Source: Candidatus Woesebacteria bacterium
GTDB taxonomy: Bacteria; Patescibacteriota; Microgenomatia; UBA8517
Length of the DNA stretch: 64,000 bases
NCBI GenBank assembly: GCA_016432525.1
Contig: CP066693.1
Location: 30,017-94,016 of the forward strand
Reading direction: 5' to 3'
Numbering within the stretch: position 1 is the stretch's first letter; the number at the start of each line of letters is the position of its first letter. Of the stretch, positions 1 through 10,900 are shown piece by piece. The notes under the pieces are model-generated. The model worked only from the letters and a program-made list of their open reading frames with translations. It searched no databases and had not been told where the DNA came from. The translations under genes and the position numbers were made by a program.

Positions 1-3
1 ACA

Positions 4-2709
4 ATGGACAACTGGGTAGCTGGAAAGTATGGAAATGGTTTAAAATTTGTTCCATCTCTAACAGATGAGATCACAATACCAACAAGTGTTGGTGCAGGAC
101 TAGGCAACATTACCGTAGAAGGTTGGGTTTACTTTAACACCTTTGGCGATTATGTCACCTTCGACACATCGTTTGGTCGTTGGAATTCTAATTCACTTGG
201 AAATATAGGAGTTTGGCAAATAAGCACAACGGGCGTTTCTTGCGGGGCAAATAGCGGTGTCGCCATGCCGGCTTTAAAAACATGGTTTCACTTTGCCATA
301 ACTTATAATGGTTCGGGCTGTACATTTTATATAAACGGTGTGGCAGCCGCTACCGCAACTGGAGCCTCAGGAGTGACGAATACTTATACCTGTACGTCTG
401 CAATAGGAATGCAGGATAATGATTGTTCAAGCTCACACCAAAGAAAATGGGATGGGAACTTGGACGAGTTTAAAATTTATAACTACGTCCTTGCCCCATC
501 ACAAATTCTTGAAGATATGAATGGTGGCCATCCGGTTGGAGGTTCTCCTGTTGCTTCACAGGTTATTTACTGGAAATTAGATGAGGGTTATGGAACAGGA
601 GCTAATAGCGTACATAATTCAGGTAACGGCGGATCAACATATAATGGTAATAATACAGGAGCTGCATGGCTTACTAATACAACGTGCAAAGTAAATGGCT
701 GCCTTAATTTTGATACAACAACAGATAATGTAAGCGCAGGAGATGTTGCGTTTGTTGATAGTTTAACTGGTTTTGCAACTTCATTCTGGATTAATCCACA
801 GACTCTGGCAGTAAATCAGTCAATTATTTCAAAAAATAATACAAGCCAGAAAAGTTTTGCAATTGTAACTGATGCTGTAACAAGCTCCGAAATTCGTGTC
901 CATATTGCAGCAACTTTAGCTGAAGCTGATAACACAACATACTGTACAACATCAGGTTTAGGTCTAACTACATCTACTTGGCAACACATTACAGTTGTAT
1001 ATGATGGAACACAAGCTACTGCTGCCAACAGAGTTAAAGTATATAAAAATGGTATCCCAATTACCTGCACAATGACTGGAACTTTTCCAACGAGTATGAC
1101 CTCAGGAAGTACTTCAAATCTCAAACTTGGAGATGATGATTCAGCAACTTACTCCTCTCTTCTCATGTATCTTGATGAAGTGAAAATATATAATGCAGCA
1201 CTAACCCAGAATCAAGTCAATATAGAGGCAAATTTTGGTGGAGGAATTAATTTTTCAACTGGCCAAAACGAAGCAGCATTACTTAATGATGGCGCAGGTG
1301 TTGCTCCTGTTGGTTATTGGAATCTTGAAGAAAATACGGGAACAACAGCTTTCAACGAAGGATCGCAAAATGGTACAGGTAATATGGCAATCAATTCTTG
1401 TAGTGGTGGAGCGGGAGTCGCAACCGGATGGGTATCTGGGAAATACGGCACCGGTCTTAAATTTTCCGGAGTATCTGCGGTTGGAAGTGTAGGCCGTGGA
1501 ATATCAACATTTCAATCATGGATGGATCCCGCATCTTTCTCGGTTTCGTTCTGGATGAATACACCAAGCGTTTCACAAAACAAGATGCTTGTTGATCGTT
1601 ATGCGTCAAACGTCACCAATATCGCCTGGGCAGTTCTTCAAAACAATGCCGATCTTCAGATCTATGTTTCGCCTGACGGCACGAGTGCTAATCGTCAAAC
1701 ATTCACCGGCACGTCCGCTCCTTTGGTTGCCAATACATGGCAACACATTGAAGTGGTATTCACTAATGGAACCGGGTTTTCCGTTTACGTCAATGGAATT
1801 CTGAAAGAGACGTTTAGCTATGTTTCTGCGATTTTTGCTAACACCATGCCCTTAATATTGGCTTCTGACAACGGATGCAATCAACTTTTTAACGGCAGTC
1901 TGGACGAAGTAAAATTCTATAATTACGTCCGGACTCAAGCTCAAGTAGTCTATGACTTCAATCGTGGTAAACCAGTCGGCTGGTGGAAGTTTAATGAATG
2001 CCAAGGCACTACAGCCAATGATGCATCAGGGAATGCAAATAATGGGGCAATAACTATTACTGCCACAGGCGGAAATACAAACGGTGTTGGCACATGCACT
2101 ACCGCTAGTAGCGCTTGGGGTACCGGCGCCACCGGTAAATTTAACAGCAGTCTTAACTTTGACGGCAACGGAGATTATGTTAATATGCCTAACTCACCAA
2201 ACCAAAATATTACTGGCAGATTAACGGTCTCTGCATGGGTTTATCCTACCTCTTTCCAAGGATCCTCTCCTTTTATAAACGGAATTGTTGACAAAGGCCA
2301 AAATATTGCAGCTCCTCCTTATATACTTCGTTTAGGAGATGCTGCCATTTCTGCCGGAACACCTCAATTTGTAATTGATGATACTATAGCGACTGATTAC
2401 AAGATAGACGCAGGGACAACAGTCTCTCTCAACTCATGGTCAATGGTCACAGGCACATATGATGGAACAAATCTTAAAATATATATTAACGGTATACTGA
2501 AAAATACAAACAATATCGGTTCAATTGCCATGTCCACAACCACAAACCCCTTACGAATTGGATGGAATTGGGATGGTCGTTATTTTGCAGGCCAAATTGA
2601 TGACGTCAGAATTTATAACTATGCCCTATCTGCTACTCAAATCCAAGAGTTATATAACCAAGGTGGTGGAGTAAGATTTGGGCCAGTTACTGGTACACCA
2701 GCACCGTAA
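4..2709 (+). CDS. Large surface/secreted protein with about four Laminin-G/concanavalin-A-like lectin (LamG_3) repeats; 5'-partial at the window edge.
   Basis: Recurrent C-terminal repeat signature LDEFKIYNYVLAPSQI / LDEVKIYNAALTQNQV / LDEVKFYNYVRTQAQV / IDDVRIYNYALSATQI, typical of the LamG_3 family. Each follows a Trp-rich beta-sandwich segment (WVSGKYG, WxHI). The ORF runs to the window start. Confidence 0.7.
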   Translation: MDNWVAGKYGNGLKFVPSLTDEITIPTSVGAGLGNITVEGWVYFNTFGDYVTFDTSFGRWNSNSLGNIGVWQISTTGVSCGANSGVAMPALKTWFHFAITYNGSGCTFYINGVAAATATGASGVTNTYTCTSAIGMQDNDCSSSHQRKWDGNLDEFKIYNYVLAPSQILEDMNGGHPVGGSPVASQVIYWKLDEGYGTGANSVHNSGNGGSTYNGNNTGAAWLTNTTCKVNGCLNFDTTTDNVSAGDVAFVDSLTGFATSFWINPQTLAVNQSIISKNNTSQKSFAIVTDAVTSSEIRVHIAATLAEADNTTYCTTSGLGLTTSTWQHITVVYDGTQATAANRVKVYKNGIPITCTMTGTFPTSMTSGSTSNLKLGDDDSATYSSLLMYLDEVKIYNAALTQNQVNIEANFGGGINFSTGQNEAALLNDGAGVAPVGYWNLEENTGTTAFNEGSQNGTGNMAINSCSGGAGVATGWVSGKYGTGLKFSGVSAVGSVGRGISTFQSWMDPASFSVSFWMNTPSVSQNKMLVDRYASNVTNIAWAVLQNNADLQIYVSPDGTSANRQTFTGTSAPLVANTWQHIEVVFTNGTGFSVYVNGILKETFSYVSAIFANTMPLILASDNGCNQLFNGSLDEVKFYNYVRTQAQVVYDFNRGKPVGWWKFNECQGTTANDASGNANNGAITITATGGNTNGVGTCTTASSAWGTGATGKFNSSLNFDGNGDYVNMPNSPNQNITGRLTVSAWVYPTSFQGSSPFINGIVDKGQNIAAPPYILRLGDAAISAGTPQFVIDDTIATDYKIDAGTTVSLNSWSMVTGTYDGTNLKIYINGILKNTNNIGSIAMSTTTNPLRIGWNWDGRYFAGQIDDVRIYNYALSATQIQELYNQGGGVRFGPVTGTPAP

Positions 2710-2759
2710 TTGATCTCGTTGACAGGGTGTAGTAATAAATTGTAAAAATAATAACCAAA

Positions 2760-4799
2760 ATGAAACCAAAATACCTTGAAACAATAGACCGCTATCTTTT
2801 ATATTTCCTAATTTTTGCCTTTCCTTTAATCTTTTTTCCCATTTTCCCCAATCCTTACACAACTCCCAAATTAGCCTTCCTGGTTTTTATAATATCAATA
2901 AGTTTAATCCTGAAGGCAGTTCGATCAATCAAAACAGGAACACTTTCAATTTCAATTGGAAAATTTGATCTTCCAATAATTTTAATTGCCGTTTCATTTT
3001 TGTTAAGCACTTATCTTCAAACCCCCAATAAAGCAGAGAGCTTTTTCCTTCCAGGTGAGGTAACTTTTTTGATTGCAGGCATAATTTTGTATTTTGCGCT
3101 CAATCAGCTAAATGAAAAAGCCAAAGACAACTTAAAGCTTATTCTTCTTTTGTCAGCATCTCTTTATTCAATATCAATAATCGCAAGCCAGGCAGGTTTA
3201 GGAAAACTTATTCCCCAGCTTCCCTCCTATGCTAAAGATGCAAATTTCAATCTCGCAGGCTCTCTTATTGCAACACTTTTTTTGCTGGTTCCACCGGTTC
3301 CTTTTGCCATAAAAATCCTAAAAAAGGATAGCTTCTTCCCAAAAATAATTTCAGGTGTCGCGCTTTCCTTGTCAGCTCTTGCTTTAGCAATTACAATTCT
3401 AAACATTCTTCCAGGCAAACCAAACTCTCCTCTTATACCCTCTGTTCAATCAAGCTGGATAGTTGCTGTTGAAACCTTAAAAACAAGCCCGCTTTTAGGT
3501 GTAGGCCCTGGAAATTACATCACAGCCTTCAATCTTTTCAGGCCAGTCACTTATAACCAAACCCCTCTTTGGCAAACACGATTTAATTCAGCGTCAAATT
3601 TCTATCTCACTGTTCTAACAGAAACAGGAATAGTAGGCTTTGGAAGCCTTCTTATTCTTTCATTTGCAGTATTTAGGCTTATTAAAAGCGGATCCCAAGA
3701 AAAAACTTTTAATACCAATCTTTTAGATAAATTACCAGTTGCTTTAATACTAATACTTTTACTATTGTTCCCTTATCACGAAGTCGCAATTGTTTTGCTA
3801 TTTGTTCTAGCCTCCCTGGCAACAAAAGTCCACAAACTAAATCTATCAACTGTTGCTCTAAATTATGGAAATATAGATTCAAATTCAGATAAAAGAACGA
3901 ATTTTGTAAAGCTAATCCCAACCCTTTGTGTAACAATCCCATTAATCATAATAACTTTATTAATCAATTTCTCTTTAATTAGCTCTCTAAAAGCCGAAAA
4001 AACATACAAAAAAGCAATTGATGCAGTTTCACAAAATGATGGGAAGAAAGCTTACGACAATTTAATATCAGCTATAAATACCAATCCTTTTGTTGATCGT
4101 TATCATTTAACTTACGCCCAAATCAATCTTGCTCTTGCAAATTCAATCTCTCAAAACCCAAACCTGACAGACAGTGACAAAAACACAGTTACTCAACTTA
4201 TAAATCAGGCAGTCACAGAAGGCAAAGCAGGAGTATCTCTAAATCCCCAAAGATCAGGAAATTGGGAAGTTCTTGCAAATATTTACAAATCAATAATATC
4301 AGTTGCTAAAGACGCAGATAAATTCACTATTCAAACTTATTCTCAAGCTGTTGCCCTTGATCCGGTTAATCCAAACTTAAGAATTGCTCTCGGTAGTGTT
4401 TACTATTCGCTCAAAGATTATGACGATGCTATCGATTCTCTTAAACTCGCAGTAATTTCAAAACCAGATTTTGCAAATGCCCATTACAACTTAAGTCTAG
4501 CCTATAAAGCAAAAGGAGATATTAACCTTGCAATTTCAGAAATGAACTCTACTCTTAATTTGGTCCAAAAAGATTCCCAGGATTACCAAGTTGCACAAAA
4601 GGCTTTAGACGAGCTTAAAAAAGATAAACCAGTTGAAACCTCAAAATCTGAAAATCTAACTACACCAGAAGTAGCTAAAACAAATCCACTGCAAAAACAA
4701 ATCGATCTTTCAAAAGAAGCAACCCCTCCAGCCTCCCCCAAACTCCCTGGAGCATCTCCGACCCCATCACCAATTCCTTCTCCTTCTACAAACCAATAA
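2760..4799 (+). CDS. Polytopic membrane protein with an O-antigen-ligase/Wzy-like core and C-terminal TPR repeats.
   Basis: About 10-12 hydrophobic helices in the N-terminal 400 aa. The C-terminal roughly 250 aa has TPR-like repeats (…AYDNLISAINTNP…, …YYSLKDYDDAIDSLKLAVISKPDFANAHYNLSLAYKAKGD…) and a Pro/Ser-rich tail. This architecture is common in CPR genomes. Confidence 0.6.
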   Translation: MKPKYLETIDRYLLYFLIFAFPLIFFPIFPNPYTTPKLAFLVFIISISLILKAVRSIKTGTLSISIGKFDLPIILIAVSFLLSTYLQTPNKAESFFLPGEVTFLIAGIILYFALNQLNEKAKDNLKLILLLSASLYSISIIASQAGLGKLIPQLPSYAKDANFNLAGSLIATLFLLVPPVPFAIKILKKDSFFPKIISGVALSLSALALAITILNILPGKPNSPLIPSVQSSWIVAVETLKTSPLLGVGPGNYITAFNLFRPVTYNQTPLWQTRFNSASNFYLTVLTETGIVGFGSLLILSFAVFRLIKSGSQEKTFNTNLLDKLPVALILILLLLFPYHEVAIVLLFVLASLATKVHKLNLSTVALNYGNIDSNSDKRTNFVKLIPTLCVTIPLIIITLLINFSLISSLKAEKTYKKAIDAVSQNDGKKAYDNLISAINTNPFVDRYHLTYAQINLALANSISQNPNLTDSDKNTVTQLINQAVTEGKAGVSLNPQRSGNWEVLANIYKSIISVAKDADKFTIQTYSQAVALDPVNPNLRIALGSVYYSLKDYDDAIDSLKLAVISKPDFANAHYNLSLAYKAKGDINLAISEMNSTLNLVQKDSQDYQVAQKALDELKKDKPVETSKSENLTTPEVAKTNPLQKQIDLSKEATPPASPKLPGASPTPSPIPSPSTNQ

Positions 4800-5480
4800 A
4801 TGCAAGAGTATTTCTACAAAAGATTAGTTAAGGATTTAAGTTCTTTTCCAGCTCTCATTGTTGCCGCAATCCTAGCAACCAAAATCTACTCTCTAAAAAT
4901 AATTATCTTGGCTGCCTTAGTAAATTATCTTCTAATGATAGTTGCTTTCATCTATAATGACATCGAAGATCGCATAGAAGATAAAAAAAGTCACGAAAAA
5001 AGATTTAAAAACCCATTTTCCTTTCATGTTCTATCCTTAAATCAGGGTTATTTAATAATCGCTCTAATATCGTTAGTATCCCTAATTATTAGCTATCGCC
5101 TTGGAGGTACAAAACTTTTATTTATAGCTCTTTCTAATCTGTTGGTCAGTGTTTTATATTCATACAAAAAATTCCGCCTTAAATCAGTACCTTTAATAGA
5201 TCTACTCTCCCACTCATACATGCTCGCAAGTGTCCAAATACTTTACTTTATGAGCCTACCTCAAGCAATAAATTCAACAAACACTTTACTCGTCCTTTTG
5301 GGAGTTACAGCTATTTCAATTGGTGGATCTTTATATAATCAACAGAGAGATTACGAAGATGACCAAAAAGCTTCAATCAAAAATACTGCAAGTATAATAG
5401 GGAAAAAATTGACCTTTAAATTGGCTAAACTAACTTATCTCTCAGGATTTTTAATTGTAATCTTAGGACTCATAAAATAG
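4800..5480 (+). CDS. UbiA-family prenyltransferase-like membrane protein (short).
   Basis: NDxxDxxxD motif (YNDIEDRIEDKK) after the first transmembrane segment and a second Asp-rich patch (RDYEDD). Multiple transmembrane helices. The start codon abuts the upstream stop. Confidence 0.5.
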   Translation: MQEYFYKRLVKDLSSFPALIVAAILATKIYSLKIIILAALVNYLLMIVAFIYNDIEDRIEDKKSHEKRFKNPFSFHVLSLNQGYLIIALISLVSLIISYRLGGTKLLFIALSNLLVSVLYSYKKFRLKSVPLIDLLSHSYMLASVQILYFMSLPQAINSTNTLLVLLGVTAISIGGSLYNQQRDYEDDQKASIKNTASIIGKKLTFKLAKLTYLSGFLIVILGLIK

Positions 5481-5551
5481 TGGACTCTCCGGGAATTGAA
5501 CCCGGAACTCTACAATGCGAATGTAGCGGTATTCCGTTTACCTAAGAGCCC
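5481..5551 (-). tRNA. tRNA-Ala (anticodon CGC).
   Basis: The reverse complement folds as a cloverleaf. Acceptor GGGCTCT/AGAGTCC carries the G3:U70 alanine identity pair. T-arm is CCGGG-TTCAATT-CCCGG. The anticodon loop TTCGCAT gives CGC. CCA is not encoded. Confidence 0.8.
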
Positions 5552-6628
5552 TTATCTCAACACACTTAAGGGGTTAACTCTTGTACCATTTGCATGTACT
5601 TCAAAATGAAGGTGAGTGCCAGTTGACCTTCCCGTAGATCCCATTTGTCCAATTGCGTTTCCTGCATTCACAGACTGTCCTACTGTCACATAAATCTTTT
5701 GTAGATGTCCGTAAAGCGTTTGGTAGCCATTTCCGTGATCTATAATAACTCTGTATCCATATCCAGTATTATCCCATCCAGACGCAACCACACGTCCAGA
5801 ATCAGCTGCTAAAACATTTGGAGCAGCAGGGTTTGCAATATCAATTCCAGGATGATACCAGCTAAAGTTCTGAGTAATAACTCCCTGAGTTGGCCAAACA
5901 AAGCCTCCAGTTGCAACAACCGTACCGGCATCAGGAGTAATCCTTTTTATATAAGTATTAGGAGACCATAATTGCTCATCAGGTTTTACTCCTTCAGGAA
6001 CAATAACAGTTTGACCTATAGCAAGCTCAAATGTTTCATCGTTCACAAAAGTATTGAAAGGATAATCAACTATTGCCTGTGCCGATGCATCGTATTTCTT
6101 TGCAATCGAAGAAACAGTATCCCCTTTTTGGACCTTATGAGAAATTCCAGTTATAGGCAAAATTTCCAAAACTTGCCCTACTTTTATTGCGTCAGGTGAA
6201 GCAAGGTCATTTTGCCAACGAATTGTATCGGTTGATATACCAAATTTTTGGGCAATCGAAGAAACAGTATCCCCTTCGGCAACAGTATATTCAATAATTT
6301 TATCTCTCTGATCAGAAAGAAAAGTGTTTGTATCAACCGCCTCAGTTGAAGCAGATAAAACAGCAGAAGGGGATGAAATGCTCCAAGGGTTGACCGATCT
6401 TCCAGGAAACTCAGATGCAATAGAAGGAGAAATAATAACTGATAAAGCAGCCAATGATGCCATTCCAGAATGAGTCAAAAGCTTAGCTCTTTTTCCTCTT
6501 TTTTTGTACAAATGATTTACAATTATTCCCTTTTTACTTTCCAGGCCTATTAATTGAACGCGAAATACGCTAATCAAAAAATTAGAAAGTTCAACTAAAA
6601 AAGTCTTAATCTCTTTGAAGATTCCCAC
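5552..6628 (-). CDS. Secreted peptidoglycan hydrolase with two LysM domains and a C-terminal M23 (LytM) peptidase.
   Basis: LysM-like repeats (YTVAEGDTVSSIAQKFGIS…, HKVQKGDTVSSIAKKYDAS…). M23 HxH motif (GTHLHFEVHANGTRVNP) and HPGIDI. The true start is probably the internal Met before a signal peptide (MASLAALSVIISPSIA, near position 6465). Confidence 0.8.
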   Translation of the reverse strand: MGIFKEIKTFLVELSNFLISVFRVQLIGLESKKGIIVNHLYKKRGKRAKLLTHSGMASLAALSVIISPSIASEFPGRSVNPWSISSPSAVLSASTEAVDTNTFLSDQRDKIIEYTVAEGDTVSSIAQKFGISTDTIRWQNDLASPDAIKVGQVLEILPITGISHKVQKGDTVSSIAKKYDASAQAIVDYPFNTFVNDETFELAIGQTVIVPEGVKPDEQLWSPNTYIKRITPDAGTVVATGGFVWPTQGVITQNFSWYHPGIDIANPAAPNVLAADSGRVVASGWDNTGYGYRVIIDHGNGYQTLYGHLQKIYVTVGQSVNAGNAIGQMGSTGRSTGTHLHFEVHANGTRVNPLSVLR

Positions 6629-6672
6629 CGCAAAATGAAGATATCACAAAAAGCTTCGGGAAGTCAATTAAG

Positions 6673-7884
6673 TTACACTGTCTTCAAACTATCTATAAAC
6701 TCCTCATTTGTTTTTGTCTTTTTAAGTCTTTCTATTAAAGTTTCTGTTCTTTCGTCATTGTTTACCATTTCAAGCATTCGTCTTAGTGTATGGATCTTAG
6801 GCAAGGCCTCTTTCCCATACAAAAGCTCTTCTTGTCGTGTACCAGATCTTGTTACGTCAATTGAAGGAAATATTCTTTTGTCAGCCAAACGTCGATCCAA
6901 GTGAAGCTCCATATTTCCAGTTCCTTTAAACTCCTCATAAATTAGATCATCCATTTTTGATCCAGTATCAACCAAAGCAGTTCCAATAATAGTTAATGAT
7001 CCTGCGTTTTCAATCTTTCGAGCAGCTCCAAAAAACTTCTTGGCAGGGTACAAGGCTTGTGGATCAAAACCTCCAGTCAAAGTGCGCCCGGATGAAGGAA
7101 GTGCTAAATTATATGCACGAGCCAAACGTGTAATTGAATCCAGAAGTATTACAACATCCATTCCTTTTTCTACAAGTCTTTTAGCCCGGTCCAAAGCAAG
7201 CTCAGCAAGCCTTGTCTGTTCTTCAGGTGCCTCATCAAAATTAGATGCACCAACCTCACCAAGTCCATTAGTTACCTCTTTCATATGTCTTAAGATGTCA
7301 GTTACCTCCTCAGGTCTCTCACCAATTAAGACAGCCATCAAATGAACTTTCTGCCTCTTTCCTTTTCCTGCCTCTGGATAGTTTTTAGCAACTCCTGAAA
7401 TCAAATCTTTTAAAAGCCATGTTTTACCTGCTTTTGGAGGTGAAACAATAAGTCCTCTTTGGCCAAACCCAATAGGAGCAATTAAATCAACCAACCTCGT
7501 GGTCAAAATTTCTGAGGTAGTTGATAGTTTAATTTGCTCATCCGGATAAATTGCCAAAAGGGACTCAAAATCTGTTCTCTTTCCAGTTTCAGTTGCAGGT
7601 TCACCATTTACAGTTTCAACTTTCAAAAGTCCCCAATATCTTTCATTCTCTTTTGGTCTGCGAGCAAGACCTGAAACCAAATCTCCATTTCTTAGGTTAA
7701 ACCTTCTAATCTGAGATGAAGAAATATAAATGTCCTCGCTTGATGGAGAAAATTTTGGACGCAAAAGCCCAGAGCCTTCATTTGCGATATCAAGTATCCC
7801 TGTTATTTTTTCTGTAGGAAGACCGCTGTCTGGCAAAATTCGATCATCTACAACTAAAGCGTTATCTTGATGTGTATTATTCAT
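6673..7884 (-). CDS. rho: Transcription termination factor Rho.
   Basis: N-terminal OB/CSD-like RNA-binding region (RFNLRNGDLVSG…). RecA-type Walker A GFGQRGLIVSPPKAGKT and Walker B VILLDSITRLARAYN. Length and motif order are typical of Rho. Confidence 0.9.
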   Translation of the reverse strand: MNNTHQDNALVVDDRILPDSGLPTEKITGILDIANEGSGLLRPKFSPSSEDIYISSSQIRRFNLRNGDLVSGLARRPKENERYWGLLKVETVNGEPATETGKRTDFESLLAIYPDEQIKLSTTSEILTTRLVDLIAPIGFGQRGLIVSPPKAGKTWLLKDLISGVAKNYPEAGKGKRQKVHLMAVLIGERPEEVTDILRHMKEVTNGLGEVGASNFDEAPEEQTRLAELALDRAKRLVEKGMDVVILLDSITRLARAYNLALPSSGRTLTGGFDPQALYPAKKFFGAARKIENAGSLTIIGTALVDTGSKMDDLIYEEFKGTGNMELHLDRRLADKRIFPSIDVTRSGTRQEELLYGKEALPKIHTLRRMLEMVNNDERTETLIERLKKTKTNEEFIDSLKTV

Positions 7885-7934
7885 ACGAGGACGTGGGCAT
7901 TTATTATGCTTCTTTTGTTAGAAGTAAGAATATA

Positions 7935-10900
7935 TTACTTTCTTCTTCGAGCTTTGTCAACAATAACTAAAAAAACAAAGCCAAAAATCATGACCATTCC
8001 TAAAAATTCCAAAGTCTGAGGCCAATAAAATATTACTAATTTATAGTGCCCTTTCGGCAAAATCCAGCCATTTTCCCAAGAATTAACTTTAACATGGGCA
8101 CTCGCGGGCAAGCTAATCCATCCTTTATCATATCCCTGAGGCAAAGAAAACAAAGAATTATCTTTCAAAACATTAAGATCAAATTCATACCAAAATGTTC
8201 CAATTTTACGAGAACTATTAACCTGAACCAAATTCTCTTGTGGCTGTATGTTTCCATCAAAAACCTTCAAATTTGACAACCAGTTTAAAGGAATAGAGTA
8301 AAGATAAACGCCATCCAGATAATTTAAAGAGTCCTCGCCTCCCAACGATCTAGTCTCAAGATTCAAGATAAATTCATTTTTGGCAAAATTAACAGATTTC
8401 AAAAGACCAAAACTTTGATCAAATTTTCCGGAATTTAAAAGCATTTCAAGATCATTATTATTAGTTGCCTTATCGAATACATAAAATTTCATTCCGCGAC
8501 CAGTTACATTTTCTCCAACTAGTCTTAAAATAAAATCATTATCTGTCGCTACATTGGAAATGTTTGAGAAGTCACAAGAAGCACCTCTCCCAGAAGCCTC
8601 ATAAAAAAGTCTTCCAGATATTGTTTTCTTATAAACTTCACCTCTTTGTAAAACATCGCAATTGGAGGGCGAGTTTCTTCCAGTTTTTGAAAAATCTACT
8701 TTCTCAGGCTTGACTGGAAATGTAACCTCAAGCTCGTCTCCTTTATTAAAACTAACATCAATTGCTCGATCACTATTAAAGCCGTTCCAAATACCAGAAA
8801 AGCTAAAGCTTCCAATTTCGGGATATGAAAAAACTTTTGGTGCTTTGTAAGAAATATTCCATGTCTCGCCGCTCTTTTCAGACGGTCTTGCCGAAACCAC
8901 TAACCAATAATTTTTCCCCGAAGAAACCAAAATCTGCCTTGTAACTTCACTCCACTCAGTTGATACAAAACTGTGATAAAAAACATCGTTATTTAAACAA
9001 TCTGACCGACCTTCAATAACTATACAAAAATCCGGCCTTGATTCGCTAACTGATTTATAAGGCAAACTAACTTCCAAAAGTGATTCAGGGCTTCCCTGAA
9101 ACTCCCCCAATCTAAGAGAAGCGCACCCAATTGCATCGCGACTTGTAAAATCAATTTGATCTCCATTTACCTTAAATCCTATCGCCCCAGATCTGCCTTC
9201 TCTTTCCCAACATTTGTTTATCGAAGATGTCAAAAAAAGACTGGTCAGATCAATGCTTTTTCCATTTGATGCGTCAAAAACTTTCACCTGAACGCTTTCC
9301 TTTGTATCTACTCTAACTCCAGATATATTTATTGTTTCATTATTTTTTAGATAAAAATAAGTATTTGAAATTCCAATAGCAACCTTTGAATAATCATTTC
9401 TTACATCAATTAAAATCGGCTTAATATTACTTAATTCAATTAGCTCCTGATTTCTCTTGAACATATAAGGATTATTAAACTCAATCTTGATTTGATGGTT
9501 CTCGTAACTTGCTTTTCCAGAAAGATCAACATAAGTTTGAGAATTCAAAGATGGCAGAAAAAGTTTGGAAAGTATCCCTTCAATCTTTCTCTTGATAGAT
9601 ACATATTCTGCTCCACCAATATCATGAGAATAGTCAATTCCTGTAATTTCTTCTCTCAATACATCAGAAAAAGGATACTGATTATTTACTTTTATTGAAG
9701 ACGCATAATCAGAAACATTCTCAAAAACACTATCTTTACGCACTAAATTACCACTACTTTCCACATTTGAATAAAAGGCTGGCTGCTCTTGTTTGCTAAA
9801 TTGAAAAACCGTCAAAAAATCTTTTTGAAAAACTATTTTTCCACCAATACTTTCAAAAATCGCAAGTGATTTATCAAATTTAAATACATCACGGTCCGCT
9901 TCTGGATAAATAACACTTTTATCCATCAAAACATAAGTAACATTATATTTTTTAATTACATTCAAAACCCCAGTCGCATCTTCTGCGTAAACTGCCGTAT
10001 TTATCTCATGGTAAAAGCTCTCATCAGAATTACTCCAGACATCAAATGCACGATCTAAAATAGGCTGTGGAATTCCATACCAAAGAAATCCAGATCCACG
10101 ATATCCCCAAGTGTAAAAATTCCAACCCCAAAAAGTCTGTACAGGATAAAAAGCAATTCGCCCCTGCTTATCTTGATTTTTAAAATAGTCAAAAAGAGAA
10201 AAATACTGCTTTGGTATATCAATTCTCATAGTTGGGGATATTAAATATCCTTGAAAAACAGGTTTTGCAAATACTAAAGTCCCTGAAATAATTAAAGAAG
10301 CTACCACAAACAAAAGTATTTCTTTCTTCAAAAATCTTGATACCAAAGCCAAAAAAGAAGCTATTCCTATCGAATAAATTAATGCCATCAATACCGCCCA
10401 TTTAGTGAAGACTGAGCGAAATATTTGATCAAATAAAGGCAGTGGTAAGCTTCCTCCCATCATCAGGTAAAAACCCAAAACAAATACAAAAAATATTGAA
10501 GATCGGACATTAAGTTTTTTGTTAAAAAGCAAATAAATTATTCCAATCAAAGAAATTCCAAAGATCAAATATCCTACAGCTAAAGTATTCGAAGTTAAAT
10601 ATTTCTTCCAGTAATCATATAAGTAAGTGAACTTATTATCCCTCCCTAAATCAGTATATTCAAGCCAAAATCCACGTAAAGTTGAAACACTCGCTAAATT
10701 TCCAAAGCCCTTATTCATAAGCTGGGTTTCCGGCGTTGATAAAACATTAATTTTTGAGGTTGTGACAACCGAAGAATTTGTCAGAGTAAAATATAAAACT
10801 GGAAATAACCAAAAGGAAGTTGCTATAAACAAAGTCAAAAAAAGTTTTAAGACTCTTTTAATCCCCGTCTTTTTTAATCTAAAAATTGTCTCAATTGCAA